Shown: positions 1 through 9,389 of the stretch, piece after piece
Layout: each line of letters begins with the position of its first letter
How positions within the stretch are numbered: position 1 is the first letter of the stretch
NCBI GenBank assembly: GCA_965221165.1
Contig: CBDCRP010000003.1
Span: 256,001 to 320,000 of the forward strand
Source of the DNA: a bacterium
GTDB taxonomy: Bacteria; UBA8248
Direction: 5' to 3'
DNA: 64,000 bases
Program-made: the position numbers and the translations under genes
The notes under the pieces: generated by a model
What the model was told of the DNA's origin: nothing
What the model saw: the letters and a program-made list of their open reading frames with translations, nothing else
Database searches by the model: none

Positions 1-51
1 ACAGGGTGCGGGAGCGAAACGGGGCCGCCGCGCGAAGGGAAAATCCCTCCC

Positions 52-495
52 CTACTCCACCTTCGCCTTCACGTTTTTAGCGAATTCGGCGAAAATCTTG
101 TTCGCCTGGTTCTTGATGACGCTGAAGCCGAGCGAGCCGAGTTTCCCGAACACGTCGACGCTGGAATCGATGCGCACCGTGGTCTCGTTCTCGGAGACGG
201 CCTCGAGCGTCACCTCGTTTTTCTGCTTGAGGCTCGCCGCGAGTTTCGAATCCTTCCCCTCGCCCACCGTGCGGATGTACTCGGGCGCGCGCACCTCCTC
301 GATTTTGATCTGAAGCTGAAAACTCGCCTTCAGGAAACTGACCTTCTGCTCGACTCTCACGCCGTAGGTCGCGTCGTCGATTTTCTTCACGTCCTTCACT
401 CCGGGCACGCAGGCGGCGAACTCCTCGACCTGCCAGATGAAATCCCACACCTTATCCCGGGGGGCCGCGACCGTAATCTCCTGGTTAAATTCCAT
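52..495 (-). CDS. CoxG/SRPBCC (polyketide cyclase-like) family protein
   Basis: 147 aa; N-terminal MEFNQEITVAAPRDKVWDFI...ACVPG and C-terminal GKLGSLG pattern typical of CoxG-like proteins. Confidence 0.8.
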   Translation of the reverse strand: MEFNQEITVAAPRDKVWDFIWQVEEFAACVPGVKDVKKIDDATYGVRVEQKVSFLKASFQLQIKIEEVRAPEYIRTVGEGKDSKLAASLKQKNEVTLEAVSENETTVRIDSSVDVFGKLGSLGFSVIKNQANKIFAEFAKNVKAKVE

Positions 496-603
496 GTTGG
501 TGTCCTTTTTATTCCGGGTGACGCGAAATAATGATCAAACGAGGGTATGATTCTAGCAAGAGGTGAAGTTTTCCTCCACAGACCCTTTCCGTCAAGGATA
601 AGC

Positions 604-1350
604 ATGGCGCCGGAATCTCTCATCATGTTCGCCAAACCACCTCTCGCAGGCCGGGTGAAGACGCGGCTCATCCCGACGCTCGGGAGCGATGGAGCCGCGC
701 GTCTTTATGCGTGCTTTCTGCGAGACGCCGCCGAAACGGCGCGCGCTCTTCGCCGCGCGAGGCCGGGTATCGCTCTCGTCTGCGAGTGGGCGATCGAGGG
801 GGGTGAGTCTCTCGATGAATTTCCGCTCTCGGGGTGGCTTCCCGGACGCTTCCTGCACCGCGCGCAAACGGGCGCAGACCTGGGCGCGCGCATGGCGGCG
901 GCTCTGGGGCGATGCCTGGCCGCCGGGAGGCCCGCCGTGCTCATCGGCACGGATTTTCCCGATCTGCCACACGATATTCTGCTCGAAGCGTTCCAGAATC
1001 TGGAGTGCGGCGATGAGCCGAGGCTCACGCTTGGACCCGCGGCGGACGAAGGCTACTACCTCATCGGGATGAACCGATTTTTCCAAAAAATCTTCACGGA
1101 TATCCCCTGGAGCACGAGCGAGGTGCTCTCCCTGACGATGAAGAGGGCGCGCCAGTTGAAGGTCGACGTTTCGCTTCTGCCCGAATGGCGCGACGTCGAC
1201 TGCGCGGAGGATCTGGAGGCTCTGAAGAGTCGTCTTTCGAATACTCCACGCGCTCCGCATACGCGGGAATATCTGCGCCGATCCGCACCCGGCGTTTGCG
1301 CTGAATCCCGGGAGATGAAAGGATCGGCCGTCCAGTCCGCCGAACGGTGA
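604..1350 (+). CDS. DUF2064/TIGR04282-like glycosyltransferase (CofC-like, rSAM/selenodomain-associated transferase 1)
   Basis: Motifs FAKPPLAGRVKTRL, Q-G-DLGARM, LIGTDFPDL, LGPAADEGYYLIG, WRDVD; ATG at 604 preceded by AAGGA. Confidence 0.85.
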   Translation: MAPESLIMFAKPPLAGRVKTRLIPTLGSDGAARLYACFLRDAAETARALRRARPGIALVCEWAIEGGESLDEFPLSGWLPGRFLHRAQTGADLGARMAAALGRCLAAGRPAVLIGTDFPDLPHDILLEAFQNLECGDEPRLTLGPAADEGYYLIGMNRFFQKIFTDIPWSTSEVLSLTMKRARQLKVDVSLLPEWRDVDCAEDLEALKSRLSNTPRAPHTREYLRRSAPGVCAESREMKGSAVQSAER

Positions 1351-1360
1351 GGGACATGCA

Positions 1361-1993
1361 TTGCCGAACGAAGCCGCCGTAAAAATTACCTATACCTACT
1401 GCGTCCATTGAGCCTGGTGCCTGATCGCGACCGGGCGGTTGCGAAAACTGGCCGAGACGGCGGGGGAGCGCCTCCTTATACGCTATCGCGCCTTTCTGCT
1501 CTCGCCCGAGCCGGATAACCGTCCGGCCCGAAAAGAAGCCATCATGGGCCATTGGGCGATGGCGAAAAATTTTCCCGGAGGTGAGGAGATAAACCCCGAA
1601 CTCATGGCGCATCGCGATTTCCCCTACCCCCATTCCACTCCCGGGGCGCTCGCCATCAAGGCCTTCGCTGCCCAGCTTCCGGGACGGGAGGGCGAATACC
1701 TCGAGGCCGTCGAGAGAACGCACCTGGTCGAATGCCTGAACATCGACGACGACGACGTGCTCGTAGCCGCCGCCGAGCGGCTGGGGGCCGAGCCCGCGAT
1801 GATGCGCGAGGTCATGGCCGACCCGGATATGAAAAAACGCGTCTGGGCGGATCACGTCGAAGCCCTGAACGAAGAGGTGCAATCCACGCCCACGGTCGAT
1901 TTTGCAGGCAAATACAGAATCACCGGCGAACAGCCCATGGAGGTTTTCCTGAAAACCTTCGAGCGCGCCGCCGCCGACTGCGAGGACGCCTAG
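1361..1993 (+). CDS. DsbA/FrnE-family thioredoxin-fold selenoprotein (in-frame UGA at 1409-1411 read as Sec)
   Basis: TTG start at 1361 after GAGGG; reads MPNEAAVKITYTYCVH-U-AWCLIATGRLRKL and continues in frame into ORF 1439..1993. U-A-W-C aligns with FrnE C-P-W-C; C-terminal STPT cis-Pro loop; SECIS-like hairpin at 1425-1444. Confidence 0.85.
1425..1444 (+). promoter_or_regulatory. Bacterial SECIS-like hairpin of the DsbA-like gene
   Basis: TCGCGACC-GGGC-GGTTGCGA: 8-bp stem (one G-U pair), G-led tetraloop starting 22 nt after the UGA. Confidence 0.75.
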
Positions 1994-2000
1994 CTCCATT

Positions 2001-2897
2001 ATGCGCAAGAACAGGTGGTTCGGAAAAATTATCGTCCTTCTGGCGGCGTTTCTACTGCTCTCGGGCTGTGCGAACATCCGCGCCCTCTTCCTCCCGCAAG
2101 AGGAGACCGAGCTTGCGCCTGAATCAAAACCAACGCCCGAGAAGAAAGCGGAAGACCCGCATTTTTTCCGCGTCCTGACGCTTCCCACCTACGAGATGGC
2201 GAAAGAGGCGTATGACAAGACCGCCATTCTCGGGATTCCCTTCCGCAAGGTGGCCGATGAGTTCAAGGAAACCGCAAGCGCCATCGGGAAAGCCCAACCC
2301 TCGGATCTCAGCGTCGGCACCCGGGCCGAGGTGCAGGATTTGAAACTCGGGGCAACGTCTAGAATCATCGAGTCGGACGAGGGTTTTTCGATTCTCCAGA
2401 AAACCACGAGCGCGCTGTATGATCGCGCCCTGAAATTCATGGAGAAAAAAAACAATGCGGACGCCATCAAGCTCATTCGCCGTGATCTCGCGATCAACCC
2501 CGGAAACGTGGACGCCTGGATCGCCCTGGCGAAGATGATGGACGAGGCGGGCGATTTGGAGGAAACGCTCCACGCATATCGCCAAGCCCGTGGATTCGAC
2601 CCGGAGAACCCGGTCGTCTCCAACAAATACGCCAAATACCTCGTCTCCCAGTACCGATACGAAGAGGCGGAAAAAGTACTCAGGGCGGCGGAGGAAATAT
2701 CGCCCGAAGACGCCGTCGTCCTCCTGAACCTCGCCTCCTTGCTCGTCTATCTGAACAAGGAGCTCGACCTGGCCGGCCGCCTGATCTCGCGCGGCTCGAA
2801 AATCGACCCGGGCCGCGCGGCCTGGTATCGCCTCTCGGGAATCATTCAGAAAAGGCGGGAGCCGGGGCTGGCGCCGAAAGCAAAGGGGGTAAATTAG
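2001..2897 (+). CDS. Lipoprotein with a degenerate PpiC/rotamase-like segment and C-terminal TPR repeats
   Basis: Lipobox LLLSGC after a basic/hydrophobic signal; LKLGATSRIIESDEGFSILQ resembles the rotamase C-terminus; TPR-like NP-NVDAWIALA and DPENPVVSNKYA. Confidence 0.7.
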   Translation: MRKNRWFGKIIVLLAAFLLLSGCANIRALFLPQEETELAPESKPTPEKKAEDPHFFRVLTLPTYEMAKEAYDKTAILGIPFRKVADEFKETASAIGKAQPSDLSVGTRAEVQDLKLGATSRIIESDEGFSILQKTTSALYDRALKFMEKKNNADAIKLIRRDLAINPGNVDAWIALAKMMDEAGDLEETLHAYRQARGFDPENPVVSNKYAKYLVSQYRYEEAEKVLRAAEEISPEDAVVLLNLASLLVYLNKELDLAGRLISRGSKIDPGRAAWYRLSGIIQKRREPGLAPKAKGVN

Positions 2898-2950
2898 GGG
2901 AGACGGACAAGTCGCAATTAACCCTATATTTTCGTTACCCCAAGGACTCT

Positions 2951-3103
2951 AATCACTCCCCCCTTGAGGGGGAGTCGGTAAGCTAAGGGCGCAAGCCCGC
3001 AAGCGAGCCGGTGGGGGGAGCTTTTTCTAAAATCATACCCCCCACCGCATCAGCCTTCGCGAAGGCTCGGCTTCTGCGACTCCCCCTCAAGGGGGGAGTG
3101 ATT
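2951..3103. repeat. 153-bp palindromic intergenic element with perfect 27-bp terminal inverted repeats (repeat family B)
   Basis: AATCACTCCCCCCTTGAGGGGGAGTCG at 2951-2977 and its exact reverse complement at 3077-3103; related partial copies at 25974-26064 and near 53670. Confidence 0.85.
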
Positions 3104-3135
3104 CTCACCATCACATAATCAGCAGAAACACTTCT

Positions 3136-4232
3136 TTAATCCGACCGCAAATATGAATCGACGCTGGAACAATAGAAAACTCGTTCTTGTTCTGTAAGTT
3201 TTAGAAACCTAGTAAAAACTTCAGGGGATGGATCTATAATCGAGAACGCATCTAGTTTTTTGGACTTAAGGGTTCTTTGAATCAAATTCGCACTTTCATG
3301 GTCTGCTTCGGGGCAAGCATAACCAAATATCACAACATCAGTCGCGTAGTTTAACCTATCCTCTGCCTCGGCCCATAAATGCGATATTGCTGAAGGGAAA
3401 ACTGCAGACTTATGAGGAACTGGTGGAATAATAATAGGAAATGTATATTGGACTCTACTTCCGCCCACATACTCCATTTCTGGATGAATTTCTTTTCTTT
3501 TCGTAAGGTATAATTTCTTCTTTGGATTAAATAATGTAGTTGCTTTTACATCTTTAGAATTATGACGAGAATACCAATTTAAGGAACCATGCAATTTTAA
3601 TATTGTAATTCCGTACGATGTTGATCGCCTTTCTTAAATATATTTGTCGAAGACTTTGGGCTAGTAGTATCTGTGAAATCTATTTGATAGCAATGCGGAA
3701 AATTTAATAGAGGCCAATATTTTTTATAATCTTTATGGTTCTCTATACAATCAAGTGTTTTTTCTATTTGGATATCCTGATTAAATGTAATAATGGATAT
3801 ATCTTCTGGTTTTGCACCTTCATTCAAAAATCCAACTATTAGCTTAAACAACTTCGACCGCGCGCTTGGTTTTATCTCGTTTGTTGTATTCGCTAATCTC
3901 CTGTTGAACAACTTAATGAGGCTTCTGAAATTCTTGTATGCAGCTTCGCGCATAGATAGGTCATTGGAATCCGCGAATAATTTCACCATTACATATTCGA
4001 GGGAATCATATCCCTGGTTACGATCACAAATGTCCAACTTATAATGAAGATTAAAATATTTTTGTATCATTTCAATATCTCTTCTATTTCTTCTGTTTGT
4101 CCGACGAGATTCTCTAAAAAAATTTCCATCTAACGGGGGTTTATTGCCTCCAGTCTTTTGGCTACGAGTACATCCTGCGCCCAAAATTAAAACGATTTTT
4201 CTTCCTTCATATTTATTGGATTCCTTGGACAA
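3136..4232 (-). pseudogene. SIR2-like (SIR2_2-type) NAD-binding protein, split by one frameshift at about 3600-3633
   Basis: 5' part has VLILGAG and ITFNQDIQIE; 3' part in the -1 frame reads GITILKLHGSLNW...IIIPP...VVIFGY; TTG start at 4232 after GGAGG; strongly AT-rich. Confidence 0.8.
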
Positions 4233-4429
4233 ACCAAAACCTCCCTGATTGCTGGTGATAATCATTTTTTGATGCAACTGCCAAAATATCACGACCGACT
4301 AATGCAAGAAATCCGATTTCAGAAATGCTTCGTTCTTCCGCTCGCCGCTCGAATGCGTCATAATGCCTCCCATTCTCGAACCATGCGAAGTTTTATGCCG
4401 AATCGCCAAAATCATGAAAGGGTATCCGG

Positions 4430-5782
4430 ATGAGCGCCGACCTTTTGATTAAAAACGCAAAAATCGTGACGCCCGCAGGCACGTACGAGGGCTGCGTCTA
4501 CGTGGAGGGAGGGCGGATTTCCGCCATCACGCAAAAAGCCGAAACTGGCGCGGCGCGCGAAATCGACGCAGGGGGACGCTTTCTCTTGCCGGGCATGGTG
4601 GATGAGCACGTGCACATGATGGACCCCGGCTTCACGGACAGGGAAGACTGGACGACGGGAACCGAGGCTGCGGCCAGAGGCGGCATCACCACGGTGATCG
4701 ACCACCACAGGAGCGAGCCGCTCGTCTACACGCGCGAGATTCTCGAGGAGAAGACCGCCTACATCGATTCGCGCTCGGTGGTGGATTTCGGGCAGTTGGG
4801 GGGCCTGGACGTCGACAACCTCGAACACTTGCGCCCCATGTGGGAGGGCGGCGCGCTCGGCTTCAAGGGCTTCATGTGCGAGCTTCACGGCGTGCCCGAT
4901 CTATCCGAGGGGGTGCTCCTGAACATCATGCGCGAGGCCAAATCCTTCGGCGCCACGGTGATGCTGCACTGTGAGAGCGATTCGATTCTCAAGAAGTCGA
5001 AAGAGAAAATCGACGCCGACAACAGAACGGACTACATGTGCATCAGCGACTGGCGAAACCCCGAGAGCGAATACGTGGCCACGATGGACGCCGTGGCCCT
5101 GGCCGAAATCACGGGCTGCACCGTGCTGGTGGCCCACGTGAGCCAGCCCATTCTGCTCAGAGCCATCCGGGCGGCGCGCGCGCGCGGAGCGAGAATCTTT
5201 GCCGAAAGCTGCCCCCAGTATTTCTATCTCGATCATTCGCATTTGGAAAAACTCGGGCCGTTCGTCAAGTTCACGCCCGTGATCCGTTCCGCCGAGACGC
5301 GGGACGGAATGCGAGAAGCCCTGGGGCGCGGCATGGTGGACACCATCGGCACCGACCACTGCCCCTTCCCCCGACAGCGGAAGGTGGACGGCCTCGAGAA
5401 CATCCACGATGCGCCTTTTGGGATACCCGGCGTCGAGACGACGGTGCGCCTGATGCTCAACGCCGTGAACGAAGGCGTCCTGACGCTCAACCAGATGGCG
5501 CGAATCTGCTGCGAGCAGCCCGCGCGCGTATTCCGCATCTATCCACGGAAAGGCTGCATCCAGGCGGGGGCGGATGCGGACTTCATCCTCGTGGACATGG
5601 ACCAGGAAGAAACGCTGCGCGATGCGGACATCGTCTCCAAATGCAAGTGGACGCCGTTCGACGGCTGGGGGGTGAAGGGCGCGCCCGTGATGACGCTCGT
5701 GCGCGGCGAAGTCGTGATGGAAGACGGCGAGGTGACAGGCCGAGCGGGGTACGGCAACACCGTGACGCGACCGGGTGGTTAA
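4430..5782 (+). CDS. Cyclic amidohydrolase (allantoinase/dihydroorotase/hydantoinase family)
   Basis: PGMVDEHVH, AAARGGITT, HCE, HVS, IGTDHCP, GIPGVE, GADAD motifs. Confidence 0.88.
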   Translation: MSADLLIKNAKIVTPAGTYEGCVYVEGGRISAITQKAETGAAREIDAGGRFLLPGMVDEHVHMMDPGFTDREDWTTGTEAAARGGITTVIDHHRSEPLVYTREILEEKTAYIDSRSVVDFGQLGGLDVDNLEHLRPMWEGGALGFKGFMCELHGVPDLSEGVLLNIMREAKSFGATVMLHCESDSILKKSKEKIDADNRTDYMCISDWRNPESEYVATMDAVALAEITGCTVLVAHVSQPILLRAIRAARARGARIFAESCPQYFYLDHSHLEKLGPFVKFTPVIRSAETRDGMREALGRGMVDTIGTDHCPFPRQRKVDGLENIHDAPFGIPGVETTVRLMLNAVNEGVLTLNQMARICCEQPARVFRIYPRKGCIQAGADADFILVDMDQEETLRDADIVSKCKWTPFDGWGVKGAPVMTLVRGEVVMEDGEVTGRAGYGNTVTRPGG

Positions 5783-5818
5783 GGGTTAATAGCCAGGAAG
5801 CAAGGTCAAGTTTTTCAG

Positions 5819-6051
5819 GTAGGGGCGGACCAGTGTGTCCACCCGAAACAAGAAGGTCATCCAAGGCAAGTCTTTTCGGCACAAGCATGTACACGGTTCG
5901 GAGACCATAACCATTCGTTCAGCATGAATGGCCGTGCTCTGCCCGCAAAATGAAATTCACAGACCACATCCAACCGAACCAGACAAACACGAATCGCATC
6001 CAGAACAAGTGGGCGGACACTTGGGTGGCAGACATATATGTCTGACCCTAC
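5819..6051. repeat. Pair of GTAG-family REP-like palindromes (repeat family A)
   Basis: GTAGGGGCGGACCAGTGTGTCCACCC at 5819-5844 and inverted partner GGGCGGACAC...CAGACATATATGTCTGACCCTAC at 6011-6051. Confidence 0.7.
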
Positions 6052-6346
6052 AAAAAAACGTAATCACACCTTCCCCCCACAAGCAATTCCTTCATCTACA
6101 GTCGTAAATGATCACGCATCAGCCCGCATTTGCCGTCCATGCCCATCCTGGGGATTCGGGTAAGGTGGCGAAGCGATTCGCTACATTCGGAGCCAAGGGA
6201 ATTGATGAAAATATCGATAAAATTAGATAAATTCACGGGGTTTTTCGATAAATTGACGATGTTTTTCTGAAGACTTTCAAGGCGTCCCCTGATACTCCGG
6301 AGTCCGCTCATACGCCTGATTCGTTTTGCCTGATAAACCATTGATA

Positions 6347-7390
6347 CTACTTTTGTTTCCTCTCCATCTCCAGCAGTTTTCTCTTGCGTTCCAAGCCCCA
6401 GCGATAGCCCGCGAGGCCGCCGTCTCCGCGGACCGCCCGGTGGCAGGGAACCAGCAGCGCCACCGGATTCCGGGCACATGCGCTCCCCACCGCCCTCGCG
6501 CCCCTCTCAAGCCCCAGGTCTTCGGCAATCTCCTTGTATGTCATTGTATTTCCAGGAGGTATGGATTTCAGCCGCTCCCACACGCGGCACTGGAAAGCGC
6601 TGGCGCGCACATCGAGCGGCAAGGATTCAGGAGGCGACTCACCATCTGCGAGTTGCGCGACAATCCTCAAGTATACCTTTAACTCATCATTGCTACGTCG
6701 CAGTATCGCATGGGGATATTCATTTTTCAGATCGAGAACGAGTTCGCCGATTCTCTCCCCGATGCTCACGCGACACACTCCCTTATCCGTAGCCGCGACA
6801 AGCAATCGGCCCAAGCGGCAGCCGGTGATACTGTAGCGAATCGAAACGCCCTCCCCACCTTTTTTATACGTGCCCGGCGTCATCCCCAAATAGCGTGATG
6901 CGCCCTCATACACCCTGCTGCTCGAGCCGTACCCGGCCTCATAGCCGGCGCCCGCCAAGTCGCGCCCGTTTTTCAGTAAATCCTTGTAATTCTGCGCTTT
7001 AAGGGATTCAAGATACCGGCGGGGACTCACGCCCAAAGCCCCCTTGAAGGTGCGCTGCAGATAGTGGGGACTTGCACCCACAGCCTGCCCCAATTCGGCG
7101 AGCGTGGGGTTTTCATCGGCGTGCTCCTCGATGTAGCGAACGGCTTTTCTCACCTTCTCGAGGCGGGGATCGTAGCTGGCACTCTGAGGAGCGCACCTCA
7201 GGCAGGGCCTGAACCCGCGTCCTTCGGCCATTTCGGGGAATTCGAAGATTAACACGTTGTTTTTCTTTGGCTTTCGGCTCGCGCACGAAGGGCGGCAATA
7301 AATGCCGGTGGAGCGAACGGCATATACGAAACGGCCATCCGCCCTTGCGTCGCGCTTGAGTATCGCTTCCCACTGAGCATTCATATCCAC
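6347..7390 (-). CDS. ada: Bifunctional Ada: methylphosphotriester repair/AraC activator plus O6-methylguanine-DNA methyltransferase
   Basis: TGIYCRPSC and FRPCLRC zinc site, AraC HTH, C-terminal VPCHR active site. Confidence 0.95.
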   Translation of the reverse strand: MDMNAQWEAILKRDARADGRFVYAVRSTGIYCRPSCASRKPKKNNVLIFEFPEMAEGRGFRPCLRCAPQSASYDPRLEKVRKAVRYIEEHADENPTLAELGQAVGASPHYLQRTFKGALGVSPRRYLESLKAQNYKDLLKNGRDLAGAGYEAGYGSSSRVYEGASRYLGMTPGTYKKGGEGVSIRYSITGCRLGRLLVAATDKGVCRVSIGERIGELVLDLKNEYPHAILRRSNDELKVYLRIVAQLADGESPPESLPLDVRASAFQCRVWERLKSIPPGNTMTYKEIAEDLGLERGARAVGSACARNPVALLVPCHRAVRGDGGLAGYRWGLERKRKLLEMERKQK

Positions 7391-7462
7391 TTTCAGCCTC
7401 TCAAAAGAAATGAGCGATTACATATTCATCCATAATGTAACCACAACGCCGGGAGTCTTCTA

Positions 7463-7483
7463 TCCGATTCTTGCCGTCAAATC
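7463..7483 (-). promoter_or_regulatory. Candidate Ada box upstream of ada
   Basis: Minus strand GAT-TTGACG-GCAA-GAATCGG resembles the E. coli AAT-N6-GCAA Ada site (one mismatch), about 80 bp upstream of the start. Confidence 0.3.
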
Positions 7484-7553
7484 AGATTTCTCATTTTCAC
7501 GCGCCAACGTCTAGTTGATAAAAATTCAAACAGATATAGGGATGACCTCGATT

Positions 7554-9230
7554 TCATATTCCAGAGCGGAACACCACCTTCCCTCCGACCATCGTGAACA
7601 AAGGTTTTATGTCTTTGATATGATCTTCAGGTATCGTCATGTAATCACGGTCAAGCACAACCATATCGGCCAACTTGCCCTTTTCGATGGAGCCGAGTTC
7701 ACTTTCCTTGAATAGCAGGTATGCGTTCGACCTCGTATGAGCAATGAGCGCGTTTTTCCTGGAAACGGTTTCGGTCTCCGAAAGCGCCCTCATCCCGCGT
7801 AAATCTTTGCCCGTAACGGCCCACCACAGGGAAAGCATTGGCGGATAAGGGGCTACGACACCGGCGTCCGTGCCGAGTCCCCAAATGACCCCGCTATTTT
7901 GAACCGTCCGCAACGGCGGCAGCGAGAGAGCGCGTTTTCCCAATCTTCGCCTCAGCGCGGAACCTAAAATCGTCATTTTGCTGTGCAGCGCCAAGGTCAT
8001 TCCGAGCGCTTTTGCGCGCTCGATGTTTCTCATCGAGATGAAATCCGCATGGTGAATCGACCAGCGCAGATTCGATATTTTCTTTTTTTGATTGATTTTC
8101 TCAAAAATGTCCAAATACCGCGTAATCGTCGTATCGCGAAAGGCATGCTCGTGAATCGTCCATCCCCCATCCGCGGCCGCCTCGGAAACTTTTGCGAATT
8201 CATGATAATCCTCATCCGAAGCCCGTGAAGGCCTGAACGGCGAATCGTGGATAGGCGCATACATATGCTCGCCAAGCGCGATTTCACCCATCATCTTGGC
8301 GGATTTATCAGGGCGGGATTTTCGAATTCTCTCAATCACTCTTTTGTTTTGCTCCGGAGTACGGACCCGGAAGCGAGGTGTGTAAAATATCCTTAGCGTG
8401 AGGCCATTTTTGGGGGACAATCTTCTCTTGATCATCTTGTAAGTTTCGTCCCGAACCCCGCCACCACCTACATCGAATAAACTCGTTACTCCAGTACGGT
8501 TAAAGTCCGCCATCAGCTTCTTGAGACCCGATATCACTTTGTTTTCCGTAACTTTCGGCAGTTCACGTCGCAAGAACCGGAAAATGGCCCGACGACCATA
8601 AATTACGCCCGTAGGTGCGCCGGACTCGCTTCTGGCTATGCGCCAACCTCTCGGCTCTTCTGAGTTCTCATCGATACCCGCCTTCTTCAGAGCCTGGCTA
8701 TTCAAGATTATGAGTCGATATGATTGCTGAATAAAAACCGGATTCTTCGGAGCGGCCCCGTCCAACTCCGCTTTCGTAAACAGCCCTGGCATATCGCGAA
8801 ATTGGTCGGGACTCCATCCACCAATGATGAGCACCCACTCCCCGTGTTTCATCAACTTCGCTTTAGCCGAAATGATGGACAGTGCTTTTTTACGTGAAGT
8901 CACCCCATCGATTCTTGCTTCATACTCCCAACACAACGCATGGCGGATGAAATGAACATGATTATCTATCAGACCCGGAATCAGCGTTTTGCCTTTCAGA
9001 TCAATCACTTTCGTATTGGAACCTACCAGTTGAGCTATCTGGGAGTTATCCCCCACAGACAAAATGCGTTCGCCCTGGATGGCCACCGCCTGCTGAATAG
9101 AATAATCCGCATCGACCGTTAATACTTTCCCGTTCACCAGGGCGATATCTGCTGATTGGCCAAACCCAGTAGATGGGAGAACCCCCAAAACTACGAAAAT
9201 TATTGCGAATACTCCATTTTTTAGAATCAT
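7554..9230 (-). CDS. Secreted amidohydrolase 3 (YtcJ-like) family protein
   Basis: Signal-peptide-like N-terminus; IDLKGKTLIPGLIDNHVH, GTDA, GSIEKGKLADMVVLDRD. Confidence 0.85.
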   Translation of the reverse strand: MILKNGVFAIIFVVLGVLPSTGFGQSADIALVNGKVLTVDADYSIQQAVAIQGERILSVGDNSQIAQLVGSNTKVIDLKGKTLIPGLIDNHVHFIRHALCWEYEARIDGVTSRKKALSIISAKAKLMKHGEWVLIIGGWSPDQFRDMPGLFTKAELDGAAPKNPVFIQQSYRLIILNSQALKKAGIDENSEEPRGWRIARSESGAPTGVIYGRRAIFRFLRRELPKVTENKVISGLKKLMADFNRTGVTSLFDVGGGGVRDETYKMIKRRLSPKNGLTLRIFYTPRFRVRTPEQNKRVIERIRKSRPDKSAKMMGEIALGEHMYAPIHDSPFRPSRASDEDYHEFAKVSEAAADGGWTIHEHAFRDTTITRYLDIFEKINQKKKISNLRWSIHHADFISMRNIERAKALGMTLALHSKMTILGSALRRRLGKRALSLPPLRTVQNSGVIWGLGTDAGVVAPYPPMLSLWWAVTGKDLRGMRALSETETVSRKNALIAHTRSNAYLLFKESELGSIEKGKLADMVVLDRDYMTIPEDHIKDIKPLFTMVGGKVVFRSGI

Positions 9231-9389
9231 ACGATTCCCTCGGAATCTAAAAACCATTCTTTACAATTCACCCTAAAATCAAGGATAGAAATACATCTAT
9301 GATGGTGATAACATATTCGCCCTAATCACCACTTACAGCAAATGCGTAGTTGGGGAGATGGTAATTTTCACTATCGAGGAGGAGCTGAA

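Noticed and set aside
1348-1350. Sec read-through at other TGA stops (transferase, ccmB, ccmC, ccmD, miaB)
   Set aside because: These end complete domains or overlap the next start codon, and are not in a redox motif
3600-3640. Programmed -1 frameshift in the SIR2-like gene
   Set aside because: No X-XXY-YYZ slippery heptamer or homopolymer run in the frame-overlap window; a simple indel or sequencing error is more likely
6096-6479. 127-aa ORF and GATAAATT repeats downstream of ada
   Set aside because: The ORF overlaps the ada 3' end out of frame and has no motif; the short AT-rich repeats are too weak to assign
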